This document shows positions 34,440 to 46,164 of a stretch of 64,000 nucleotides of DNA, one piece after another; position 1 is the stretch's first letter; every line of letters starts with the position of its first letter. The stretch spans positions 47,864,001-47,928,000 of the forward strand of contig NC_088857.1 of NCBI RefSeq assembly GCF_963853765.1, written 5' to 3'. The position numbers were made by a program, and so were the translations under genes. The notes beneath the pieces are model-generated. The model worked only from the letters and a program-made list of their open reading frames with translations, searched no databases and was not told the origin of the DNA. The stretch comes from Magallana gigas. Its lineage: Eukaryota.

Positions 34440-35810
34440 TTTTTTCATTTGTCAGACTTAACCTAAGTTGACCCCATATTGACCCTGAGACAATTTGTGT
34501 ATTACATGTCAGTAAGTGTACAGACTTATCATGTTTATATAAGTTATTATAGGAAGGAAGGAGTAATTCTTTCTTAATGCATTATGATGTATCAAATACA
34601 ATGTAGGTCACGACACTATGGGATTGTCCGAATCACATGAAACAGGAAAATACCAAATATCTTCAAAAATATTGAGTTCCCAAACACTAAACAATATATG
34701 TTGTTTCTAATGCCATTATGATGCACCAAATGGTGTATTTACATGACTCTCAGGAGTTATCTTTCCACCACACTCACACCTCTGTAATACAAAATGATAA
34801 TATACTTCGCCTCTGAAATATGAAATTATAATATATTTTGATAACTTTTGAGATCCCCATCCCTATATATTATTTATTATTGCCCCTTTACATGTAAAAT
34901 TAAGTTTATCTTAAAGATAAATTAGTTTATCTTAAAGATAAAAAAAACCAATTTCCAAAATCTTATTGTTCATCTACAGAAAAATATCAATAAAGAAATG
35001 GTTTAAAAATTGCTCCTGTACAAATGTAGGAATTAAGAGACACCAAATCTTTGGAACCAGGTTTAATGGGGGTTGGGGCGGAGACTAAAAATTTAATTTT
35101 AACCATTTATTGTGACCTGTAACTAGTTTATCTTGAATATTAGTTATTGGTCCCCAGGTAGAAAATAAGACTTTTGATCATATCTCAACATATCATTTGT
35201 CATTTATGAAAAGTGTAAATGTGACTTTTTTATAAACTTTTTTTATAAGTTTATAATAACTTATAGACCCCAAATTATATTTTGATTTTAATAGACCACT
35301 TAACAATCATATAGATTTTTTTATTTAAAGAAAAAAAATGTCAGTTTATTTACAGTTAACGAGAGATAAAAAAAATAATATCCAAAGTTAAGGTGTGGCT
35401 ATTCATTAGTTCTGGGATCTAGGTTTTTTTTATACTGATAAACGTCAATTTTCTGCAACTATTTGACTCCCTGAATGAAATTTAAATTTTCAAAACCGTA
35501 CTGCACATTTATAGGACAGCCCTTTTAATATCCAAAGAAATGACATAGCTACTGCATAAGTTGTAATAGAAATTCCGAGATACATACCTTTTTACGAAAA
35601 AATCATTTTTTGTTGCCAACTGATCCCCTTGATAAAAATAATTCATGACACAACATGACACCCCAAATCAAACTCCAAGACTTCAGTTTGCTGGTTTATA
35701 AGATGTAAGAGCACTTTAAGAAATAAAAAGTGATAGACGGACTAACCGACAAACGGACCGGGGTAACAACAATATTACCGAACTCTCTATAGATAGTGTG
35801 GGTGTAATGA
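34440..35810. mobile_element. Decayed Helentron/HINE-like non-autonomous element(s)
   Basis: 3' end GACGGAC..GGGTAACAACAATATTACCGAAC...GTGGGTGTAAT (35757-35808) resembles recalled oyster HINE termini. Boundaries uncertain. Confidence 0.35.
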
Positions 35811-36832
35811 ATTGTATACGCACAATACAAAAGTATTAAGTTCTACTGAACAACTATGTAATTGTCTGCACCAATCATATTTAACCCGTTTTTGAAGATA
35901 CAATATGAATTGTTCAGGTTAGAGAGACAAGAAAAGAATGAAATAAAATTGGTATTCAGTAGATGCGAATACATATGAATGAATTTGTTCTTAAAGTTTA
36001 TTTAGGCTTTATTTAGTATCTAACTTGATATTGTAATTTGAATACACAATTTAAACAGTATCAAATTCAAATGCTTTAGAGACTATTGTCTCTCCCGTGT
36101 AAGTGTATCCATAACTTTTTTACGAATTTTAACGAGAATACACGTACCTTTCAAAAAAAGTACAATTAAAATCGATACAAGAGAAAAAAAGCATCCCACT
36201 CCGGTATACTTTTAATTTTTGGTTGTGTTTTAAAACTTAAAGAGGGGCGTTTTAAAACAAAAATCAGGACTTTTTTCATTCCAACGAAGGTTGTTGTGGT
36301 ACAAATGTATCTATTGTTTTCGAAACATTTATCAACAAGTGGCGGAAGCAGAAACTTGGGACAGAGAATAGAATCAGATATACATGTTTAAAAATGTAAC
36401 TCTCTGCATATTTGAACAATTTATTGCGCTTCGGTTTCAACATGCTGAAAAGCAGAAATCGAAATGTTTAATATGTTTTATCAAAGTACAAGGTGTGAGA
36501 ATCTTTTTTGGGTATATCTATTAGTGGTTGTCGTGTTCGTTAAAGAAAGATGCGCATAAATTGAGTCCTTTGCATTCGTACAATACATACTGAAAGGAAA
36601 AATAGTCATTTACGTAGTTGTCTTTATTTGTATAGATGACTATTCAGCTGTTGCGAGTATTTCCATCTCGGTGTACGGATTTTCTGCATTCTGTATATTT
36701 ACATCACTTACTTTTGCATGAATGTAATGCCGTTTTTGGAAGTAAAATTAGGAATCAACATCAACATTTAATACGTTTATTGTTTATTTAACTTGTCACA
36801 AAATATTCTTGAATAATATTGAGAAAGATATA

Positions 36833-37052
36833 CAGTAGAATCATTTTATTTCTTGGGGGCCAATTTTCGTGAATTGTGGTTTTTTTTTGCATATTCGTTG
36901 GTATGTAATTTCGTGGATGCGTCAGCTTTTAGTTTCAGATGGTAAATTAAATCTTTTATAACTAGTTTTCGTTAAGGATGTAAATTCATGGGCGAGGGCT
37001 ACCCACGAAAACAACGAAATATGAGCCACAACAAATTCTAATGATTCCACAG
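36833..37052. mobile_element. Tc1/mariner-type MITE with TA TSD
   Basis: TA|CAGTAGAATCATT ... AATGATTCCACAG|TA. Confidence 0.7.
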
Positions 37053-37396
37053 TACATATACATACTGTATATGGTTGAATAGTTAGAATATATTCTTTCT
37101 TTTAAAACTCATATTGATAAGCAAAACCTCATTTTTCTGTGTCACTCATATTTACAAACAATTGACTTTGGCCCATTAAGCCCTAAAAACTGTAAATATA
37201 TATCGTACAAATGATTTTTAGACATTTTACCATACTATGTTTCTCTTACTAATCTAAACTTATTCTTAGACAAGTCAGTAAGTGGAGGAATTGAAGAATG
37301 CTAACGTGTGGCATACATTTATAAACGTTTTCAACACGTTTAATCATATCAAATGTTTGTTTTTTTTCTCAGTATTTGGTTTTATTAAGGAATAAA

Positions 37397-37720
37397 GAAT
37401 CATTCTTTGAGTATTATGAGGTGATGATTTTGGTCGGGGCGTGATCAAATCCAATCAAGTCCGAAGAGCTTTTTGATAGATTTGATCACGTCCCGACCGA
37501 AATTATCACCTCATAATATTCAAAGAATGATTCCTTATTACTTATATTTATATAGTTTTAAGCCATCGTATGATTGAATATTTAAATATAAATAAGCAAA
37601 CCCCGCTGGCGCCTCAATTTGGCGTCATTTTAAGTTATGGGTTATATAATAAAAAAATCGATACGTAGTGTTATTACAGGCTAAGAAACTGGAAAATGTA
37701 AATATTAGCAGATAAAACCA
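37397..37720. mobile_element. Non-autonomous element beginning with a 55-bp-arm hairpin (37397-37451 / 37479-37533)
   Basis: GAATCATTCTTTGAGTATTATGAGGTGAT...GTGATCAAATC and its inverted copy, read directly. Confidence 0.7.
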
Positions 37721-37853
37721 AGGTTATGATTATTATTGTCTACATTTGCTACCTTCTTTCATTTACCATGTCTTTTTTTTATTTTTAGATCATGGAAAAT
37801 ATTGCACAGAAATAATTTTTACAAGAATAAAGAAAAATTAGTTCGAGTGACAA

Positions 37854-40430
37854 ATGGCACACAACATACATTATTTGACAATTTTCGTTTGCATTGTTAA
37901 GTTCTTGAAAGGACCAAAATGTACGAATGAAGAAAAATGTAACTGTACAAAATTACCAAATTTTAAAGAACTGTTTCACATGGACTGTTCCAATAAAGGA
38001 TTGACTGAAATGCCAATTCCTTCCATAGACTTTGAAGTTTATAGCATTGATTTATCTCAAAACAAGTTACGGAACGTTTTAATTACTGAAAATTATTCTA
38101 GGACATTAAAACAATTGAATTTATCTCACAATGCATTAAGAAATCTATCGAATAACAGTTTTAACTGGATTCCATATCTTGAAGTGTTAGATTTGTCATA
38201 TAATAATCTCACATTATCCAATACAAGACTTCCCAATCTGGTATTCCAATATCTGAGTAACCTTAAGGTTCTGAACTTGTCTCACAATGACGTCATTGGT
38301 ACAGACCATTACAATGCAGAAGTATTCCGGCACACTGAATCTCTGGAGACGCTAGTCATTGACGGCCTCCGAAATGGCAACTTTGATTTTACAAAACATG
38401 ACAAAAGGTGTGATCGTCCACATAAAGATACAAGCATATATTTGAAAAAGTTGACAACACTTGTAGTTTCAGGACGTAGAGAACGCAAAAAATGTTTGGT
38501 AAAACATCTGTCCGCCGACTTTTTTCAGAGTGTCTTTAATCTAAAGTATTTAGACATGTCTGCTTGCGCAATCCAATCAGTGGATAAAAAAAGTTTGTTG
38601 CTGTCAGAGCTACAATATTTAGATTTGTCCTACAACGAACATTTATCTTTTAAATCTTTTCAAAATTTGTCTATACCGCAAACTTTGAAAACACTGAAAT
38701 TGGACAAAATTTGTTGCACATTTGGAATTGGTACCTACATCACACAAGATATGGCCGAATTATTCTGGAAGAGTTCAGTAGAATATCTTTCACTTAAAAG
38801 CAATAGACTGGAGACGGCAGTAAGCAATGGGTTTAATTATTTACCTCAAAATCTAACCCGTTTGGATGTATCAGACAACAGACTCACTTTTGGGGCCTAT
38901 GGCTTTCCCATTCCTTTTTTGAAAAAATTGCAAGTTGTGAATATGCAAAATCAATTCTATCCACATTTTAAAGAAAGGTATAACAATTTGGAAGAGTGTA
39001 AAGAAGGCTTCGTGTGCTCCTCTCGTCCAGATGGAAATAACTCTACCTCTGGTTGGAATTTTGCGAGTTACCATTCAAAAGACTTCGTGTTTTACGCACC
39101 TCCCAGCCTGGAAACAATCAATTACTCTAATTCTTCACTAAATACAGTTATCCGTCAGATTAATGTAGACCCGAACAACAGTGTAAAAAACGTCGTTTTA
39201 AGTCATAATTTTTTGGAAACTCTTGAAGGGCCGATTTACGGACTACACAAACTTGAAAAAGTTGATTTTTCCCATAATTATATTTCTTATTTATCACCAG
39301 TTTTCTTTGGAAATGGTTCAACTTTAAAGAACTTGATCTTAAAAAACAACTTATTAGGAAACTGCATGAGCAAACCTAACTTGACATATTTCGGAAACCT
39401 CTGGAATTTAACATTGTTAGATCTTTCATCCAATATAATCCGCTTTGCAGCTCCTGACATTTTTGAAGGTCTAGAATCACTGCGGATATTGAATCTTAGT
39501 TTTAATTTACTGCGAAATGTTTCATTCAGAATGCACCAGATGCCTTCTTTGAGAACATTAGATCTTTCTTTTAATGCACTTTTGCCATTTTCCGACTCTA
39601 CAATTCAAATTCTGGAATCGAGACAACAAACTCGTCAACTGGAAATTATCCTTTCAGGGAACGAATTTCAGTGTACGTGCGACTCTCTTAATTTCCTAAA
39701 GTGGATGCTACGAAACAAAAATACTGTCATTGTAGATTATTCATACCTTTGTCGAAATATGTACCATGCCATCGACAACAATGATGAGTTGGACATGGTA
39801 AGTAAGATGCTAGATAAGAAATGCGACGATTACAAAGAAATCATTGGTATTGTATCTGGACTGTTTATTGTTTTCTTTGCGTTTATTATTGGTGGAATTA
39901 TTCATCGCTACCGGTGGAAACTTCGCTATTTCTATTACATGTCGAAATGTAGCGCTACCATATCACACATATCCTATGGTAGAGTATACGACTATGACGT
40001 ATTTGTTTCTTATGCCGATGAGGAGAAGGATTTTGTCATACAGGAAATTACGTCAGAATTAGAGGAAGCGTCAGATTTGAAACTGTGTCTACATGAGCGA
40101 GATTTTACACTAGGTTTATCAATCGGCGAGAACATAACCAAGGCAATATGTAACAGCAGAAAGGTTTTGTGCGTCGTAACAGAGAACTTTTTGTGCTCTC
40201 AGTGGTGTATGTATGAACTAGAGATGGCCCTCACAGACAACAGGTACTCCAGAGTCGATCAGTCTGTTTTCCTCATCATGTATGGGGGATTGCCGACCGA
40301 TAGCTGTAAAATTCGTTCATCGAAACAACTTACCTCATTAGTAAAGAAGCACGCCTATCTGGAATATCCTAATGATGAGAGTGGTAGAGCTGAGTTCTGG
40401 AATTCACTCAAAATTAAGCTAGGGGAGTAA
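37854..40430 (+). CDS. Toll-like receptor C (858 aa) with a BB-loop Pro->Leu substitution
   Basis: Intact ORF with the same architecture as TLR-B. TIR box 2 reads LCLHERDFTLG. Acceptor atttttag at 37788. Confidence 0.96.
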   Translation: MAHNIHYLTIFVCIVKFLKGPKCTNEEKCNCTKLPNFKELFHMDCSNKGLTEMPIPSIDFEVYSIDLSQNKLRNVLITENYSRTLKQLNLSHNALRNLSNNSFNWIPYLEVLDLSYNNLTLSNTRLPNLVFQYLSNLKVLNLSHNDVIGTDHYNAEVFRHTESLETLVIDGLRNGNFDFTKHDKRCDRPHKDTSIYLKKLTTLVVSGRRERKKCLVKHLSADFFQSVFNLKYLDMSACAIQSVDKKSLLLSELQYLDLSYNEHLSFKSFQNLSIPQTLKTLKLDKICCTFGIGTYITQDMAELFWKSSVEYLSLKSNRLETAVSNGFNYLPQNLTRLDVSDNRLTFGAYGFPIPFLKKLQVVNMQNQFYPHFKERYNNLEECKEGFVCSSRPDGNNSTSGWNFASYHSKDFVFYAPPSLETINYSNSSLNTVIRQINVDPNNSVKNVVLSHNFLETLEGPIYGLHKLEKVDFSHNYISYLSPVFFGNGSTLKNLILKNNLLGNCMSKPNLTYFGNLWNLTLLDLSSNIIRFAAPDIFEGLESLRILNLSFNLLRNVSFRMHQMPSLRTLDLSFNALLPFSDSTIQILESRQQTRQLEIILSGNEFQCTCDSLNFLKWMLRNKNTVIVDYSYLCRNMYHAIDNNDELDMVSKMLDKKCDDYKEIIGIVSGLFIVFFAFIIGGIIHRYRWKLRYFYYMSKCSATISHISYGRVYDYDVFVSYADEEKDFVIQEITSELEEASDLKLCLHERDFTLGLSIGENITKAICNSRKVLCVVTENFLCSQWCMYELEMALTDNRYSRVDQSVFLIMYGGLPTDSCKIRSSKQLTSLVKKHAYLEYPNDESGRAEFWNSLKIKLGE

Positions 40431-42919
40431 CCGTTTTCAGAGTTTTGGTAAACTTTATTTATAATTTTTGTAAAATCTAAAATTGAGTAATGGCTAAAAC
40501 CCCGATCCCCACATATAAACTCCGCGGTTTTTACTCTTTGTTTATGAACAAGATGTTAACTTTAACTATCATTCGAAAGGCTATTTGTTGACAGGTTGTG
40601 TGTGGTTTAACTGATTTAACTTCGTCATTAGATGTAATGGCAAATTCATAAGCAATTTAAGAAAGGTGCAAAGGTTGCTTAGGTATTTGTGTAACAATCG
40701 AACCACTCAACAAACCATGGCATATTTGAGAAGCTTGGTAACCCCTGAAAATATATTTTGCGTTGACGTGTGTGAGAACAGATATTTGGCAGTTCTTTTA
40801 ACAGTAAATGATGTGTTTTTCTGTGGATTTTCGAGATCATCAAACTTTGCAGACTAACCTCTACACTATGACATTATACAGATGTTTTGTAATAACTGAT
40901 TTATATTAATAAAATATGTATAGGTAATTTCAATTTTTTTGTTTACAGAATTTTGTCTCGACGACATCGGGAAAGCTTCAATATGTGTATATAAAAAAAT
41001 ATACTTGTAAAAATATCATATTATCCAACCCAAGCATTTACATTCTGGTATTTTAAAAACAACTTAAGTATTGCTGGGTTGATGAAGATTTCATTCAAAC
41101 TCATAAGATATATTTACATTGCAAAATTAATATATTAATATAATGTATTCCTGCAAGCTTTTGCACAGTAAACATTGACCTACTTAACATTTGCAAAACA
41201 GTGTCATACTAATTAGTCATTAGTACACACTTCCTTATTGTTAATAATACTGTACAGGTACATAAATATATTTACTTCCATCAAATACAAAGGAAACTAA
41301 ATTAAACACTCATAAAATATCTTATATTTTTGTTGTTTTCATGACAACAAAGGAAATAATATAAATAAAACTAAGAACTGTTCATACCAAACACTTTATT
41401 AAGTTTAAAACAAACAATTAACTTTTTTGTCTTGATTTGTTATTCAAGATTTCCCAAACAAACCCTTTTGAGTCCTCGTCCTTCTCCCCAGAATGAATGC
41501 GCCTGATTTTATATGATATTATATTAATATTATATTTTTAAAAAAAATCTAACTTCAAGGATACTTTTTTGTCATTTCCTTTTACAAACAGAAATTCAAA
41601 ACATAAATATTATCTTTAAAACAAAATTTATCAGATATACCTTTCAGAAAGTTGAAGACACTGGGTCATTTGTTTTATTTAAAAAGACGGCCTATGAATA
41701 TAAGATGATTTTTAACTGAATAAATCTTGTGTTTGAAAAAAACAACATCATGCCCAATAGGAATTTTTTCACAATCATTATTTTCTTCCTGAGACGACGG
41801 GGGTTACAACTTTTATTTATATCAATAACCCTTTACCTAAAGGTTTATATTGCATAGTGGTTTCAGAGAAGACGAATGTACAAGAATACATATAGAAAAA
41901 CGTTGGGTCAAAGGCATAGACGGCACGCTTGAACAAATGGTTTAGTTTTTCCTCAATGGTCTTTGGGCACTGTATTAAGGTATATACATTTACGCCGATT
42001 TTAACGTTGTTTTGGTATGTTAGAGACTTGACCCAAACTTTGTCAATTTGATGATCTACATAAGTTAAAATTTCTGCTATTTATACAATTCAGTTAAAAC
42101 GCATTTAAAAGTATTGATGATAATTTCCAATTAATTTATTCACTGACCCGTCCAGTAAGTAAATACTCCAGTTTTAATACTCATTATCACCTAAACATGT
42201 AATGTTGCAAGCATATTCAGTTTTACTATGTGAACAAGAAGGCGACACAAAAGCGTGGTCGGCATGCACGTTTGTTGAGTTGAACTTACTTTATTGACTA
42301 ATAATGCCAAAAGGATTGGACACAAGTTCTAAAAACTTTGATAGACCTTTCGAATTCATAATCGAGTTATTCTTGAGTCGAGGGGCCACCAAAAGGGATG
42401 ATATTGACGTTTTGTTTAATTTATTCTGTGATCAGCTATGAATTCAAATGGTGGTATATTGGTTTATCGATAAAAGTTATTTTTTTGTAACGAAAGTTTT
42501 GAAGGAATAATTTTTTGAGCGTCAAAAAAGTAATTTCACTATCTTATTATGTTAACAAAATTACTGTGAATCCTCCCCCTAATCACGGGATTGTTCTCTC
42601 GATTACTTTTTTGCGGTCATACGCAGATTTACACTTCCGTGATTTTTTTATGAATATGCATTTGAACATTCTCATATCTTCTTACATAAAAAACCAGAAT
42701 ATTTAATTAGTAACAATGCATAACATTGCACATCCATCACTGTCTCCTTTTAATACAGATCATCACACTGACACAGTTTAGATCGGGTTTCCAACACAGA
42801 AAAACAGCGCTAAAAACGGCAAACATATCTTTAAGTGTATGCATTTGAGACTATTATTAAAGAATATTTACATCTACCAAGTATTATTCCCTCTTTTTCT
42901 TACGGAAACGTATAGTTAA

Positions 42920-43630
42920 TTCATTTAAATTTTAGACCACGTGGTTTTATTTGACCCTTTCAGTTTTGCAGTAATAATCACGCCTCAAGTTTATAGTCTA
43001 TTTCTAGAATCTAGGTATTTTTAATCAAATATAAAATCTAGAGGTTTATTGATTTTCAACTTTATCTTTATAAATAGGTGGATAAAATATGTTCTAAAAA
43101 TAAAGTGATTGTGATAATACCAAAAAAAGTAGGTTTTGTCTGCTGTTGCAACAATTGATATGCTTCCCCCGTGGGATTAATTTTCGATCCGCGCCTGGCC
43201 TAGTAATAGCATCAATAGTGAAACAGATTATATCACATGTATTTTATGCAGAATGTTTCTTGAAAATGGTTCGATATACTAGGTTTTTGTGCAAAACAGA
43301 CACCCATTATTTTTCTAAAAACATGGTATTGCACACCACAGGCATAAAACATGGCTATGATTTTATTAAGCAACCCAATGTTTATATTTTCAACCACTCT
43401 ACATGTGGTTGAACACGAACGATAACTCTGTTCTGAATATCATCGTTTAATATAAATAACCGCTAGATGGTGAAAGAAGATTTTCATGTTTTAACATAAA
43501 TCGAAGTAGGATATGATATAAAAAACGACCAGTACTTGTACGTATTTTGAGAATATTATCTGAACACTCATACTTTCGCTCGAAATTTCACAGGAACTGA
43601 ACCAATCTCAGTGAATACTCGTGAACTTTC
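42920..43630 (+). repeat. Segmental duplicate upstream of TLR-D, paralogous to 33445-34170
   Basis: Same co-linear blocks. Strong donor CGG|GTAAGT after 43845. Confidence 0.85.
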
Positions 43631-45489
43631 AATAAAATGCTTTCTTTAATGATTCATGCAGGTTATGAATGTAGCGATCATTGCAGAAAAAAATACATAT
43701 TTTTCTGCAATGTCGCTACCTTCATATCCCGAATAAATCACCACAGAAAGCATTTTATTGTTTAACTAATGTCAATCACAAATTTGCAATGAATAAGCAG
43801 AACGTGCTGAAAAAAACTAGTTCTTGTTTTTATGTTACATCACGGGTAAGTGTTTTCAATTAGTGCCGTCATATGTGCTGTTGTTGAAAGACGTTACGAA
43901 ATCTTGAAAATTTCATTTCATTTTTTTTTCCATAATTTTCCAATTATTCCATTAATCAGTATAAACACGTTTTTGTTAAGTGTATGTTGGTAATTTTCAT
44001 AAGAAACATGATTCCCAGATATACTATGCTCTTCAAAAAAAGGCCTCGACTTTAGATATCAATATACATGTATCTGCATAATTGCAGAAACATCCGCTGT
44101 TTATTTTTAACTATACCATACAGTATTAATTAAAACACAATAATGATATATAGAAAAGGAGTATTTGTTTGTTTGGTTTTTCTACTTTTGATGACAATAT
44201 CAAAAGTCGGGTTTGATGAGAAATATTCACTACAAGAACAGTATTGGCAGCAATGATAATTTTAACTAGGGAGAAAGAAATCGAAATTAGCATTGTGATT
44301 TATATAATTTGACATCTTTTTTATATTTAATAGTAAACTTAATATTGAATTACGATTAACGATTACTTTTTATTACAAAACTTTTCATAATAATTCTGAA
44401 TTCTATGCACTCAACCTCTCTAACACAACATTCTTTTCCTACCCCGGGCATCTTCCAAATTACAGTGTAACCGAATTAAACATGCTGTGTTTTTTGTGCA
44501 TGTGTGTGTTAGTGCGTGTGTGTGGTGAATTTATATTTCCGTGTTAGCATACGGTACTTCCCATTTGATTTAGGAGCGTATTCGATCGACAATTAACAAA
44601 TCAATTTTGCTCCTGATACGCTCATTACAATACTATATCCTTATGTACCGTACTAAGTATTTTCCTGTATAAAATGATTCCAATAGGCAATAATCTTGGG
44701 GTTTTTTTAAATGTTCAAAATTCAGTTATAAATTTCAAGGAAAAAACATCAATCAAAGGAAAAACCTTTAATTTTAGCACATGTAATAAACGTTTGAGAA
44801 AAGGGAAGCCTTCCTTAAGGAAGGAACGAAATAAAAAAAAAAAAAAAGAGAGGTGAAAAGTTTTTTCTACGTTTACAAAGGCAGTGGTTTAAAGACGTAA
44901 CTAGATGCCGAAGGTAAGAAATTGATACCTCGTGTTTTTCTTATTATCAATGAACATGAATCAATATACAAGTATGTTTTGGATTTGAATTTCAAAGTCT
45001 CATGCCCACATCACACGGCAATAACTCAGTGGAAATTTCATTTCCAAAAATCCAACTATTTTAATAATGTTTTGTAAATATAAATAATGGTTAAGTCATG
45101 CTTGTAAAACCCACATCTGCGAGGACCGGGTTAAATTCTGATATGAGCTGTAGGCTATATTCATAGATATGCTACAGCATACAAAGAAGAAGTTGGTGCA
45201 TAAAGTATCAAAGATATCATGAACGTAAATAAACAAGGAATTAGAAGTATATCTATGAAGAGATGTCGTTATAAAGTATATATGAATAGATATATTGTTT
45301 TCAATTCTCAACCCAATATGAAATTCATATCAAGTCAATAAATAATACAATTTCTTTTTATTCAATATCAACTTAATTGATATCAAATTATATGTTGCAT
45401 GTAACATTGCACGGTATTTGTGGGAACACATTAAAAGAAAAGAAAAGATTCGGATAAAAAAATTCCACTAACTTTAATGTTTCAGTTAA

Positions 45490-45964
45490 AGAAACATGGC
45501 AATAATTTTTGTCAAAACTTATTTTTCTGTTTAAAGGTTTACAATGCTTCTGTGACGCATTTCTAATAGTCAACCAAAATTTGAGTGTCAGTCGTCGAGT
45601 TTTAAGCGGGATAGAGAGCTCACACTTCTTTGTTATGTGAACAAATCAAATTCATGTTTTCGTTTACATTTTGAATGTTGACGAAAAAACACACTTTTTT
45701 AACTATATTAAATGTCACCGAAACTCAGAAGTGCTTTTTTTTGTTCAAGACAAATTAGCATGTAGAAAAACCAACTTAGAAAATAACTTTTATTGGTATA
45801 TATTGAACCAATGTAAATAAGGACATGGCTCGAGCCTTGTTTACATAACATTACATAACTCTACGACTGACACTCAAATCTTTGTTGATTATTCGAACTG
45901 CATTACTAAAGCATCGTAAACACCAAAAATAGAAAAAAATAACTAAGATCGTGAACCAGCCTCC
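45490..45964. mobile_element. Old Kolobok-like MITE related to 31361-31831
   Basis: TTAA at 45486-45489 and 45965-45968. Shares ATGTAAACAAGGCTCG and GACACTCAAAT blocks. Confidence 0.6.
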
Positions 45965-46164
45965 TTAAATCAACCCGCTTAGGTAGTTTTTGTTCCCAAA
46001 CATTAAATTTTATTCGCAGAAAGATCTTTACTTTATTTTTGTACTATATAATAATAGTGAAAAATATGAATAAATCGTTGTAACAATTTTTTTTAGATCA
46101 ACAAAGAGAGCAAATACTTCATGAAATGATACAAGATTAAGACAATTCAAGTATTGAGTGACAA

